DNA from: Vicugna vicugna
Taxonomy: Eukaryota
NCBI GenBank assembly: GCA_013265495.1
Contig: MU058636.1
Coordinates: 5,491,741-5,555,740 of the forward strand
Reading direction: 5' to 3'
Length of the DNA: 64,000 nucleotides
Below, one piece after another: positions 1 through 13,330 of this stretch. The stretch's first letter is position 1. Each line of letters begins with the position of its first letter. The translations under genes and the position numbers were made by a program. The notes under the pieces were generated by a model. The model saw only the letters and a program-made list of their open reading frames with translations, did not search any database and was not told the DNA's origin.

Positions 1-899
1 GTCTATGTCCCTAGTCTGCACATTATATGCAGGCAGGAATCACATGTATTTCTGCTCAGTATTGTATCATAGCATTTAGCCCAGTGCCTGGCACCTGGGA
101 GTAGATAATACATTTTGGTAGAACGGAATGTTAGATGAAAGGCCAATAGCACAGATGGCATTTTTCACTCTGCACGTGAGAAAATGAAGTGACATGCAGA
201 AGGGGATCTGACTACCCAGTGAGGATGGAGCGTGGGGACCTCGTGCCTTGACTGGTGCTTTATCCCTCCTCGCCCAACACCGTGTCTTCTCTTCTCTCTC
301 TCCTCTTTCAAATTGGACTCTGTTCTAATTCAACGTGTCTAATATACCTTTTACCTTAGTATGTGGAGTCTCAGTTTATAGTCAGGACTAACCTATGAAA
401 AACTCAAAGCTACTGGTACATACCGAATGTCACTCCCAATCAAGTTCTTCTGCAGGGAATTTCTGCCCTGAGTTTTGTTTGTTTTTTAGACTCACCCATT
501 TATTTTTAAATTGTTCTCAAATTATTTTCTCCTTTCATTTTTGTGCCTACAAGCAGAGAGATGCTCAGGAAGACTCCTTGTCAGTAACGGGGGTAGAAAT
601 GGGGGAGGAAAAATTGACACAAGCCACAGGGCAACATTAAGCCAAAGGAAAGTCATCGTGCTGCCCCCACAACAGTACGGTTAGAGAAAAGATGACACAA
701 ATGCACACCTCCCTGGAGGAAGAGTGGAAAAGGAAAATAATGACACCAGCCACGCTACCTAACAGTGTCGGCCTTCCAATGCCTGACACTGCACTGAAAG
801 GCTCTCTCTGCCCAGAGTCAGTAAGACCTGAATTTAATGTTTGCTAAGTGTAACCAGATGCAGAATTTGGGCTCATTCGCCTTCACACCTAGTTGATAT

Positions 900-1032
900 G
901 ATAGCTCACATTTTTTAACACTAGGTGCCAGGCACCATTCTAAGTGCTTTACATATCATATCTCATCTAATTCTCAAAACAACCCTATGAGGTGGTTACT
1001 GTTTTTCCCTAACTTTACAGATGAAAAAACTA
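900..1032 (-). mobile_element. MIR SINE fragment
   Basis: gtgccaggcacc...aagtgctttaca...caaccctatgagg...tttacagatga is the reverse complement of the MIR core and 3' end. Confidence 0.8.
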
Positions 1033-2159
1033 ACCATCTATCTTCCTGCCTCCTGACTCTCCTAGCTCCAGTTTTTCACATACATAGTTGCCAGAATAAT
1101 CTTCTAAAGTATACTTCTGATACATTATTTATAAACATCAAGAAGTCCCCCACTGACAAAAGGATGACATCTAAATTCTACAGTCTGGTATTAAAGGCCT
1201 GTCATAATGGACTCCCTTCTTGCTACCTGAAGAAGCCTTGAAATTTTTCATGTTTGGAAGGAATGAGATTCCACCTCTGTCCCCACTGCCTGTGGTGCTC
1301 TCTTCTTTGCTCCTTCCATTCCTATGCATTTTTCAAGACCTAACTCATTGGCCTCCTTCTCTGGGAGGCCTTTCTGGGCCATTCTTGTACACATGGCCTC
1401 CTCTCGCCTCTGCATGACCATGAAACTTATTTCTGTAAGAGTCACTGAGTACTTCATTCTGAGATACACTGTATTATCTCTTATTGCTCTTATATTAAAA
1501 ACTTCTCGAAGCCCACAATATGCCATGCACATCTTTGAACCTTCCTCCTGACCCAGTCCTGTGCCTCCCTCAGAGAGGCAGTGTGGTGTAGTAGAAAGAG
1601 CAAAGCTCGGGGGCCAGCAAGGCTCAGATCCAAATCTTGACTACTCTTACTGGTTAGATGGTCCTAGGCTTCACTTATACCTCCTACAGCCTCCACGCCC
1701 TCACTGGCAAAATAAAGCAGCATAACACATGCTTTGCACTATACAGTCTATACTGTGTCATTATACGTGATAGAGCTCAAGAAATTATTAACAGAATTTC
1801 TGATTGACAGATGATATACTAACTGCTGGCCAGATTCCCAAAGGCCCTAAAGTCACACAAGGCATATTATATCAAGCACTGGTATTTAAGTACCACTATG
1901 ACCTGGCACTTGTCAGGGAGAAATACAGGGAGAAGAGTATATTACATGCCAAAGACATCCAGGGAAAATTACTCCTATGAGTCAAGGTGGTAAAGCAATG
2001 AAGAGCAATGGGCACGTTCAGTAAGAAGGACTGACAGAAGCTTTTGTAGGTAAACCACCATTCAGGTTATGTCTGATAACAAAATTTTCATGCTGGAAAC
2101 CTTACCTATGATCCTGTGGCAGCAGGAAGCTGCAGAAAATTTCTAATCCTTTGATACTA

Positions 2160-2311
2160 AAAGTGGGGTCAAATCCCAGCAGCCTGGGAGTCACCTGGGA
2201 GCTTGTTGGAAATGCAGACTCTCAGGCCCTGCCCAAGATGTACTAAATCAGAATCTACATTTTTACGTGATTTGCAGGTGGTCAGTGGCACATTAAAGCT
2301 TGAGAGGCACC
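2160..2311. mobile_element. MER5A-like hAT-Charlie DNA transposon fossil
   Basis: cacctgggagcttgttggaaatgcagactctcaggccc...tactaaatcagaatct...cattaaagcttgagaggcac. Confidence 0.8.
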
Positions 2312-5300
2312 ATTGTCACATAACCCCCTCTTTGCATCAACAAGGAAGATGAGTTCGCGGACTTTCCCAGGTTGTGAAATCTGCTAACTGCAGACACAGG
2401 CACGAGCTGAGGGCCCTTAATTTTGAGGGTTTTGATCTTGCTGCAGAGCCACAGATGTCTTACATGGTTAGGTGAATATTTTAGATGTCATATTTTAATA
2501 TGATTTATCACTAAAAGTAAAATTTTTCTTAGAAATCTTATTGATGTAAATGGCCTTTAGTTCTGAAAAAAAGAGCTAAACTCTTTTTTGGTACCAAAAT
2601 AGTTTAAAGACGTATAGGAATGTGTTTTAGTACTTAACATTAATTTCATATAATTAAATTCTGAAACTCCTCCCTTTTAAATCTTAAAAATACATTTATC
2701 AACATCTATGTGATTAAAAAAAATCATCTTAAAAATAACAGATTTTCCCTGCAGACATAAAGATAAGAAGTCTGTATAATTTTTAAACTCGACTTCTCTG
2801 AATCAAGGAATTTTATACCTTTGAAGTAAGAGTTTAAAAAAAAAAAAAGAAGTCAGTGCTCTCCTGGACATCTACACCTGTTGAAATTCTACCTGTCTCT
2901 TCAAGATCTACCCAAAATATTATTAAAATGAATAAACTTATTTATAAAACTATTGTACACCCACAACAGGACATGATTTTGACCACAAGTGAGCCCTCCC
3001 AAAACATTTTGATTAACTTCTCTTTGACTCTGTGTTTTCTATTATAGCTATTTGTTAACTTTTCAAATTTCCTCTACAAAGACTTAAAAGAAAATATTTA
3101 AAACTTCATTAATTCAGCAAATATTTACTGATCATCTACCATGTGTCTGAGACTGAGAATACAATGATGAACAAGACTGATATAGATAATACTTGCTTTC
3201 AAGGCACGTATACTACATATCACATATTAAGAATGCTGACCACAATCAGCTGACCAAAAAAAAGCTCATGAGTGCTTAACGTATTTCATCAATACACTGA
3301 TAGCTGTTAGCCCCAAGCTTTTGATGTCAAACTGACCACAAGCACCAGGGAGGTTCATTTATCCATTCCTTTACCAGACAATTAATGAATAACTAACGTC
3401 TCTTAGTCCCTAAGCCCTCAAAAAATTGACAGATGATGATTCAAGTTGAGATAAAGAGGAGTATTCCACATAAGCTTGGAGATAAAACTAGGAGTAGGTG
3501 GAGTTTTCCATCTTTTACTCTCTGTGTCCTCCACGGTGATTAGCAGAACACCTTACACAGAGTAAACATATAACTTTTTCACCAGGAACTTAAAATTCAC
3601 CTCATGGAGTAGACAGCCAATCAGTAGCAAATGTCCTCATCAGTAAAACATATGCATGTTGATTATAAATGTTTTACCAATGTGGATATTCATTAATTCA
3701 ACAACTATTTATTTACTGTTAGTGAGTACCTATACGTGCCATGCATGATGTTAAGCACCAGACAAAAAGAAAGAAGATACAGACCTCACCTACACAGAGG
3801 AGACAGCAAGCAACAATTATGGTGCCCTCTGCTAAGTATCACGATATATTAAAGCACAGGATTCTATGGAAACATGCAGGCAGGCCTTGTTCCCCACCAG
3901 CAATTTGGGAAGGGCATCGGATACCCTTTAAAGGTTGGTGTACATTCTCTCCACCTGTATCTTAGTGGAAGATCCTGTATCTACTAAAGCCTGAGACAGG
4001 CATCAGGGTTTCAGATTTTATGTTAATCCTGTGTTTACACCAGATTTTATTATCTCTCCCTTTGGAAAGCACACATAAAAATGTAAGCCTTCTGGGTCAC
4101 AAGCTATCACACATTTTTCACTTATAGTCAAAGATTTAAAACAATTACTGGTAAAAGAGCAAGTGTGGTGCTTCTTTATTAGTCAGTTTTATCAAGGGGA
4201 TCATTCTCTACAGAATTTTCTGGGCAGACTTCCACTGTTTCATTCCGATATTGGATTTCTTGGCCTTCAACACAAAGGGACTATATTTGGGGGGACAACA
4301 GTCCTGCTCCACATGGAGCTTTATAGTAGCAATTGCTTCAGGAGATCTGGCAAAATCCACTCTACTGATAGTCTCTGGAGGCAGAACAATTAAATCACAG
4401 CCATCTCCTCCTACAATGATCGTCACTGTGGCTCTAGAATTAGTCCATTTCCCAATTAACTGTTGTTTATTTCTTCCTTTGATTATTCTAACTAAAAATG
4501 TTCCTGAATATATAAGTGAAACACAGACAGAGCATGGAGAAAATAGAGCAGGAGAGGACATGCCTGGAATGGATGCAAAAATAGAGTTTAAAGTACTTAA
4601 AAAAAAAGTTGGAAAATCATCTGCCAATATGCATATCTGCATTTCTTAAAGGAATTAAACTTGGACACTATCACTTATCTGTTAACTTATTTTTTTTTCA
4701 AATTTTCAATCAAATGTCCTGTAAAAACATGATTTGTCTTGTAGGATTACCAATTTCCTTCCACATGGTGCCTAATGGTTGCCCACAGTGTGTTGTGAGC
4801 CTCCTTGGTGCTCTGAGGTCAGCAAGACCACCAAGGATCTGACGTTGGTCACTTCACCAGGCTCTTTTACCAAGTACTTAACTGTGTGATTCTCTAACGA
4901 GTACTGCTTTCTGCAGATTTACTACTAATCTTAGACAGCAATTTAGATTTAATGGGAACCACTGGTTGTGTAATAGGTATAGTGCTAAATTCCAAGAATT
5001 CAACACATTTTCTTAATATAAAAGTTCTCTCCAGGCAGTTTGGATGCAGAAGTGCCTGCATTACACTGAGTTTGGGCCCCACCTCCACCACGACACCTGG
5101 AGTCACACACTCCTTCCTTCTCTGAACTCTTAATGAGTTAGAAGTGAGATGAGAGAGCTGTGGGTTCAGGTGGATCAGGGGCCTAGAGTAAGCTGCAGAG
5201 CTAGCGGAAGGGAAGTTGGAGGAATCAGGATAGAGGCAATCGTGAGAACTGGAGCTGTGGGTCAGCTGTCTGCAGGGAGATGTCTGACCAAACAGAAAGA

Positions 5301-6489
5301 AAGCAGGGAGAGAAGCTGGTGCAATGCCTTCATTCACAAAGCGCAGACACAGTGAGGCAGACGGGGCACAGAGGAGAGATCTGGAGAGAAGAGTCATGTT
5401 CAACCATCATTTCATTCAAAAACACTGAACTAAAAAGTACTGGCTGGTAGCTATATTAATCTGAAACAACTGTCCTGGGTTTAGCATTTCCTATTCCTAC
5501 TCAGGACATTTGTTACAGTTTCCTTTAAATTTGCAATTTTTTCATAGTGTGCAATAACAGCAGAACGGATAGCCATAAGGAGGTATCAAAATTCTGAAGT
5601 AGGAATGGAGGAGACAAGAAGAGTCTCTTTAGAGTAAAAGCTGTCGCACCAAGAGGGGTGGGTAAGGATGGTGACAAAACATGTTCTTAAGCCCTGCCTA
5701 ACCTATTCCTAATTTTTGTATTTTCCTTCCATACAGCATCACACTTCTAGCAATTGACAAATATTATCAACGATCTAGCTCAGATTCATTTTTTAGAACC
5801 TTCACGTTGGGTCCACTGACATTATGCTGTGCTGGGGGAAGGAAGGGGATGTCCATGGAGAAATAATACAGACTTGTAAAGGCCTTTGACTTCCCAGTCT
5901 GTGGACATTTAGGAATACAGGACCACACCTCGTGGAGCCATTTCTGCTCTTTTCAACTGCAAGTCTAGGTGGCAGCAGGCAACTGTCACTCAGTTCTTGG
6001 GAGCCCATGTTGCTGACACCCTCCCTGATGCTGGTGGTTCTTTCAGGTATAAATCAGTTAAAGAGAAGATTACATGAAAGGAAATCATTATGGGATTGCA
6101 AAAGGGAAATCTATTTTAAAAAATATCTTCCTAGGATTACAATAGAATGCTTTGCACCCTCCAGCCTTCTCCTCTGTAAGTGAAAGTTATACATCTCTAG
6201 GCTGTAATTCAGTACATCTGCACGGACTGATAAATAGCAGTAATTACATCACTGCAGACAACCTAGGAGGCCAGGTTAATAAAATACTGCCAACTCTCTT
6301 GTGATATTAAAGTTGCATTGCTGGTTCTTCTTCTTTCATATTTATAAAGAATAATAAACCAAATGAATGTGAGCATTTGTAAAATGTTATTAATATTCTG
6401 AACTTATCAAAAATAGAATGCTTTCTTATTTCACTCTGAATATAGTTAATATAATCTTTCAGCTTCTACTCATTGCATGTACTACTTCT

Positions 6490-6700
6490 AGAGGCAGCAG
6501 GATGTAGCAGAAAGCATATGGAATTTAGCAAAGGTCAGGCTTCAAATCTCAACTAAATGACTACATTAGCTGTGCTCCTGGGAAGTCGACTTAACCTCTC
6601 TGAGCTCTTGTTTCCTTATTTCTAAAAGATAGGAAATATCTACTTTACACCATGATTTTGAATATTAAATCAGATAAAGTGTTTTGTAAACTGTAAATTT
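6490..6700 (+). mobile_element. MIR SINE
   Basis: ttagctgtg...cttaacctctctgagctc..gtttccttatttctaaaa MIR core. Confidence 0.7.
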
Positions 6701-9700
6701 TAATTGTAATATTAGTTACATGTTTCAGCACTTCTAGATTAAAATTATTCACCTCTTTATTCACTAAGTGAAAAAAAAATTAGTGCACTTCTGTTAGGCT
6801 CTGGGGACACAAATAAGAAATTAGAAAGGGTCAGAGGTTCAAGAGACTGATAGGCTCAGAGAGAGTATGCAGCCACGAGGGGAAATGAGGCCAAGCCATG
6901 GTCTCAACATAGGCGGAAAGTAACTCAATAGGTAAGAGACATTGTTTATACTATGCTTTTGTTGCATGTGGATCACTTTATTACGTTCTATGCAAAACAA
7001 AGGAATATGCTGTGATTTTTTTTACAATCAGTGAAAAACACTTAATGCCATTACCATGAGAAAAAAGAATAATGCTACATGATGTGTCCACTGTTGAATA
7101 TGCAGTTCCTATCAGAACAAATGGTTATTGTTTTTCTTTAGGAAGTTGTGCTTGAAGCAGCTCAAGAAATATGTTTCGCTTTACAAAAATACATAAAAGC
7201 TACAATAACATCTAATCAATAAAACATTTTTACTGTTTATCTTATGGTTTCCTTTGCTTTGGCTATAAAATCTGAGGTTCCATAACTTAAGTCCATGCAT
7301 TTATTAAAGAGAAATGACTCATTTTGCCCTAAGGAGAAAATGCTACATTCCTTTTTCCCTTTTTCCTTTTCTCCGATGGCAATCATAGGTTCTAGATGCC
7401 ACCTAGCTGGGGAAGATAGTCTTTCAAGTTGGAATTCCCTTGTCAGGGGCATTTTTCCTTAAAGTCCTATCCTGAGAAAGTTCTAAGGCCTTTCCTATTC
7501 CTTCTCTCCTTTTTGGTCCCTTCCCTCCAGCCCACCCTATCCTCTTATTTTCCATGATTTTACACTTTGGCATATCTGTGTTTGACTCTGGGTGCAGGTA
7601 AAGGTCAAGAGCTGGCATTATTAAAACAGTAAGAAAATAAGAACTCTGTTCATTTCAATGTTCTGGCATGTGCATATGTTATACTTCTTGCTATATAGAC
7701 CTGTTTCTTCCAAATAAGTCAGTTTAGACAGCAGTGTTAATTTATTTGAGTAGACATGTGTAGCTTTCCCTTACAAATCAAAACAAACAAAAACTCTGCT
7801 GGATAAATATGTGAGTACCTGTTACTGGATGTAGAGACTTAATAGGTAAGTAAGAGACATTGTTTATACCATGCTTTTTAGATTTTATTTTGGAACATCT
7901 CATGTTCAGATCACAGTAACAACAAAATTTGTAATAATAAACAACAAAGATTCTGTGAGGAGGGATGCATTTGTGGAAGCAGATTTATTAGACTTCCACT
8001 AGAAATCTGTTCTTAGGCAAATAACATTCTCAGCCTTCCTTAGCCAGTAGTAGTGAGTTCCAAGATGTTCGGATCCTTGTTAAAACTGAAGTTCTGAATC
8101 CAACCCATAACGTCCTTTTAATTGCCTAGTAAAATAGCTGTCTGCTATTGAATATTTTCAAAGCACTGTAGATTATTTGGGAACATGAATAACTAAGAAT
8201 TGTATAAGCACCTAGTAAAAAGTATAATTTAAAGTGCTATTATTGGGCAGATTTTTAAAAATTCTTATAAGTTCATTGCCCTAGATATCTGTTGTTTTAG
8301 ATTAACGGGGCATTTAGAATGAAGAATCTGCTACCTCAATGGGAAATTTCATTACTATGTAACATAGATAGATGCTTACTTTGTTAATTAAAGTTCATAT
8401 GAATCCAGCAAGCAGAAGCCAACAACCCCACTGAATATTTCCAACTGTATGTCCTTCAGACAACCTGATTTGGGGTCGGTAATCTAGACCTTTTGCTTCC
8501 AACTTGCTATGGCTTCATGCCTAAATGTCTTTGCATGCTGCTGACCCTTGCCAGAGCATCCTCCCCTCCTTTGGTGAATTTCTACTTATTCTTAAAAATT
8601 CATCTTGGGAGTCACCTATTCTGAAGAGCATTTCACAACCTACTTGTCCAAACTCCTGCCTTTCTCTAATTTATTGGCTCTCCGTGATACTCCACAGAAC
8701 GCCAAGCAAAATTTTCAGCTGTCAGGTAGCTGAATTCAAACCCAGGTCTGTCACAGTGCCAAAGCTGGTGTCCTTCTCTAATGGTAGCTTGCATGGGTGC
8801 TTCATTGCCATCTATCTAATACCTAGTAATCAAGTTAAGATGAAAAGTTGTCTTTTTACAATCACTGCACCTGGTAGCAAAGTCTGTTTAGAATGCATGT
8901 AACCATTAAGTACATTTAGCTTACAGAATGAGACAAAGCTAAAACAAATGACACACAAATAACATTTTTTTTTTAAGTTTAGGGGTGCCCACCTTTACAC
9001 TGAAATTATAAAGGCTTATGTAAAATCTGAATGATATGTATCATCTATAACATCCTTGGGAAGAAACAGCATAAAATACTTTCTAAAATATTTTATCAAG
9101 CTAGAACATAGTTCCCCTTGGATGCCTGTCTTAGTAATGTAAATGTGAAACAAAATCTACAGAAACCTGATTAAGCACATGACAGCTTCTGGTAAAACTT
9201 CACTTCTCCATTTCATCCAATTCATCAACCACTGAACCAAAATCTTGCAAGAATATTTAGTATGATCTAAGCATCTGGTCAACCTCATTCAATAGAGGTT
9301 GGGAGTCACAACCGGTATTTATTTGCACATACCAGACTTTATATTTTCTATGTATACAGAAGCTTCCTTCAGGGACTTTGGAATGGCTGCCGGTGGCATG
9401 AAAAGAACACCCTTGAAGACTCCCGAGTGGCTCAGTGATTATCTACTGACAGCAATGACATTTAGAGACTCTTTGTGCTACCTTCACAATTAAGTGAAAC
9501 AATGTGTACAGATTTCAGGGATAGTGTACTTTCAGACGGATAATCCCAGACTTCGACATTCAATCTCAAAGGAAAAATTTCACAAGCAACTTTAGGAGTA
9601 AAACTGAAGTCATCTACCTTCTAATTTTGCTAGGTCAAGGCATTCAACACCACCACTATTATTTCATTTAAAAAATGGCATTTTAAGCATCAAAAAGAAG

Positions 9701-10339
9701 AAAGGTCAAAACCTCATAGTAAAGGGAAAAATTTAGAAGTCCCCTATAGCACTTTTCCCATGGAATCATGAAAGTTTCATTAGACTACCATCCAAGCACC
9801 AGCATTTTGGGAGCAATGGCTGATGCACCTAGATGGTTGTAAATTTATCTTTAAAGTGACTGCCAGGGTCTTTTGTGGTATCCTGAATCCTATTTACCAT
9901 GTGGCTCTTCATGTCGGTTAGAGCAGCCGTTTTAAAACTCAGGTTCATGGAGGCATTGAGCTCTGATTATAAAATGGAAATACTCAACATGATGTATAAT
10001 TAATCTTTTAAAGATTGTATAAAGATTACATTTCTTTTCGCATGGTTTATAAGGATCATCACCTTCTACCTTCAGCTCTTATCTCCAACTTTGTCTTTAC
10101 TACAGGCATCCTCCTGACACACATGCTATCTCTCATATGTGGTTCCCCCATCAGAAATATGCCTTTTGACTTTCTTTGCCAGGAAAGTTTCCAATAATCC
10201 ATCAAAACAGAAGTGAGTCCTCTTTTGTGAAGTCTTCCAGGTCATCTGGTTTCAAAGCATTGGACTTTTCTATAATAAGCAATATAGAATGCCAGCAATC
10301 TTGGTTTTAGTTGGTGAAATTTTAAAATAGTAAAACTAG

Positions 10340-10600
10340 TCATATAAAATTGACACTTTACAGTGTGGCCGTTGTGTGCCAGAGCTGCCCCAGGGTGGCT
10401 TTTTCATTATCTCCAGTCTTCATGGCACAGTTATATGACTGGTGTTATAATCTCTATTTTAGATAAGGGAAAATTAAGGTCCAGAGACTCAGGTAGTCAC
10501 TGGCCTATGGTCACACAGCAAGTAGGTGATACTGCTGGGAGCTGAATTCAAGTGTGTCTGACTCCAAAGTGAGTGCTCCTTCCAATCTACTGTGATGCCT
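10340..10600 (-). mobile_element. MIR SINE
   Basis: attttagataagggaaaattaaggtccagaga...ggtcacacagcaagtag...ctgactccaaag. Confidence 0.8.
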
Positions 10601-10679
10601 CTGGACTGGATCTCAAATTACAGGCGTCAGTGATGTTACTGAGCACATCCTACAGCACCTACAAGGGGCTTATGTACTG

Positions 10680-11780
10680 CCTTCACTTCTCCACCTCCCT
10701 CTCTATCCAGAACAACCTACTCCTTCAGGCTTTGGTACCCACCACCGCAGTACAACCTCAATTCTTGAGGTCACCAATGACCTCCATCTTGCCAGTTCAA
10801 TGATAATTTCTCGACCCTTATCTTTCCCAACCGTTCAAAAGCTTTTGACACTTTTGATTACATCCCCTTTCCTGAAATCTTTTCCTCCCTTGGCTTCTGA
10901 GATATCATGCTCTCCTGGTTCTGTCACCTCATTTATCATGGGGTTCTTCCCTTGCTGACCTCTGAGCCTCAGGGCTCATTCCTTGCCCTCCTTTCTCTCT
11001 ACATAATCATTTATTAGGTGATCCAATGTCGTCCTGACTTTAAACACTAAATACAACCTGATGATTCCCAAAATTACGTCTCTAGCCCTACTCTGCCATC
11101 TGAACTCCAGGTGCTACCTTACTGGCATGCTGTTTCTACCTAGACCTCTAATAAACCCAAGCAGAACTCTATACCCATCTAACCGCACATGCTCCTCCCA
11201 GGCTTCTCCATCTCGTTAAGTGGCATGTTTATTCACCCAGATTCTGGAACCAAATCCTGAGGAGTCATCCTACAACCAATCCATCAGCAAACACTTGATG
11301 GTCTGCCTTTCAAATGCACTCCAATGAGAACGTGTCATATCACCCTGGTTCAAGTCATCACCCTCTCACCTACTAACAGCTGCAACAGCCCTGATGCCAC
11401 TGGTGCCCCTACTCTCAATCCCCCACATTCTCTCTGCCCCCTAATCAGAGGCTCATTCCTCCTTTCATCTAGATTGCTTCTCAAATGTCATTTTCCTTGA
11501 TAGTCTTCCTGACCGCTCTGTCTACAAGAACTCCACACTCACTCTTTATTCTCTAAAATTTGCTCGATTTTTCTTTTTATATATGTATCTCTACTTGACA
11601 CTATTATGTATTTATTGATCTATTAGTGTATTATTTGTGTTCTCCAGTACAAAGTAAGTTCCATGAGAGCAGGGGCTTTTCTATTTAATTCACTTATTTT
11701 AATACACTGTAGGTACATGATAAGTTTTTCCTGAGTGAATAAATGGATGGATTGGTGGATAATTAAACGAATAAATAAGT
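10680..11780 (+). mobile_element. L2 LINE 3' fragment
   Basis: Pyrimidine-rich L2 body ending aagttccatgagagcaggg...gtaggtac...gagtgaataaatggatggat. Confidence 0.8.
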
Positions 11781-12199
11781 ACCAGTAATTTTGCTAAACA
11801 TTTTTATACATTATCTTATTCAATCCTCACAATAACCCAATTCCCAAATGAAGAATTAACTTGCCCAAGATCACACAACTAGTAAGTAATGGAGCCAAGA
11901 TTTGAACCCAGGCCAATGATACTTATAGGACTTTCAACATCAAAATCAAAATCAGATCTTTAAAACTGGGCAATACATTGGGAGGTCATATGATCGAGGC
12001 CTCCACCTTGACGAAAGTATTATATATTTTAAATGGTGCTACAAAAAGTATTATCACTCATGTTATGGACGAAACAACAGAATCGCAGAGGTATTATTAA
12101 GGCCCAATCAGTTTTAAAAGCAACAAAACAAACTAACAATTGCCTTATCCTGACTTACAGAGAATAGATATTTATTTTAATATAAGAATGAAGGTGTCA

Positions 12200-13330
12200 A
12201 CAAGATGGCACGACAATTCAATGGGGAAAGAACAGTGTTTTCAACAAACGATGCTGGAACAATCACATACGAAGGAATGCAGTTGGACTCCTACATCACA
12301 TCATATACACAGATCAACTCAAAGTGGATTGAAGACCTAAAAGTAAGAATCAAAACTATGAAATGTTACAGAAAAACATAAGTATATGTGCTTTAAAGGA
12401 CACCCTTGAGAAAGTGAAAAAATAACCCAAAGAATGGGAGAAAATATTTGCAAATCATGTATCTGGTAAGAGTCTACTATCCAGAAATATAAAGAAATCT
12501 TACAACTCAACAATGAAAAAAAAATAACTCAATTTAAAACTGGGCAGAGGATTTGAATATACATTCATCCAAAGACTATATACAAATGCATATGAAAATA
12601 TTCTCAACATCATCAGTCATTAAGGATATGCAAATCAAAACCATAGTAAAACACCATTTCATATCCACTAGAATGGCTATAATAAAAGAGACCAAAAGGT
12701 GTTGACTAGGATGTAGAGACATTTGAACCCGTTGCTGGTGAGAATGTAAAATGATGCAGCCACTTTGGAAAACAGTTTGACAGTTACTCAGAAAGTTAGA
12801 CATAGTGTAACCACATCACCTAGCAATTCTGCTCATAGATATATGTCCAAGAAAATTGAAAACATATGTTCACACAAATATATGTCCATGAATGTTTACA
12901 GAAGCATTATTTATAATAGCTGAAAAGTGGAGACAACACAAATGTCCATCAGCTGATGAACGGATAAACAGTCAGTCATACAAAGGAAAAAAGCACTAAT
13001 GCTACAACATGGATGAACCTTGAAAACATTATGTTAAGTAAAAGAAGCCAGACACAAAGGCATCTATTGTATGATTCCATTCATACGAAATATCTAGAAC
13101 AGGCAAATTCATAGAGACAGAAAGTAGCTTAGCTGTTGCCAAGGGCTAGGAGAAGGGAGAAATAAGTGTGGCTGCAAATGGGCATTTTGGGGTGATGAAA
13201 ATGTTCCAGAATTGGATAGTGATGGTGGCTGCACAATTTTGTGAATACAGTAAAAATCACTGAAGTATATATACTCTACCAGGGTGAATTTTACATGAAT
13301 TATATCTCAATTAAAAAATTTTTTAAAAAG
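12200..13330 (+). mobile_element. Old L1 (L1MB-like) 3' end: decayed ORF2 C-terminus and 3' UTR
   Basis: caattcaatggggaaag..., gaatgggagaaaatatttgcaaatcat, acatggatgaaccttgaaaacattatg, A-rich end; many frameshifts. Confidence 0.9.
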
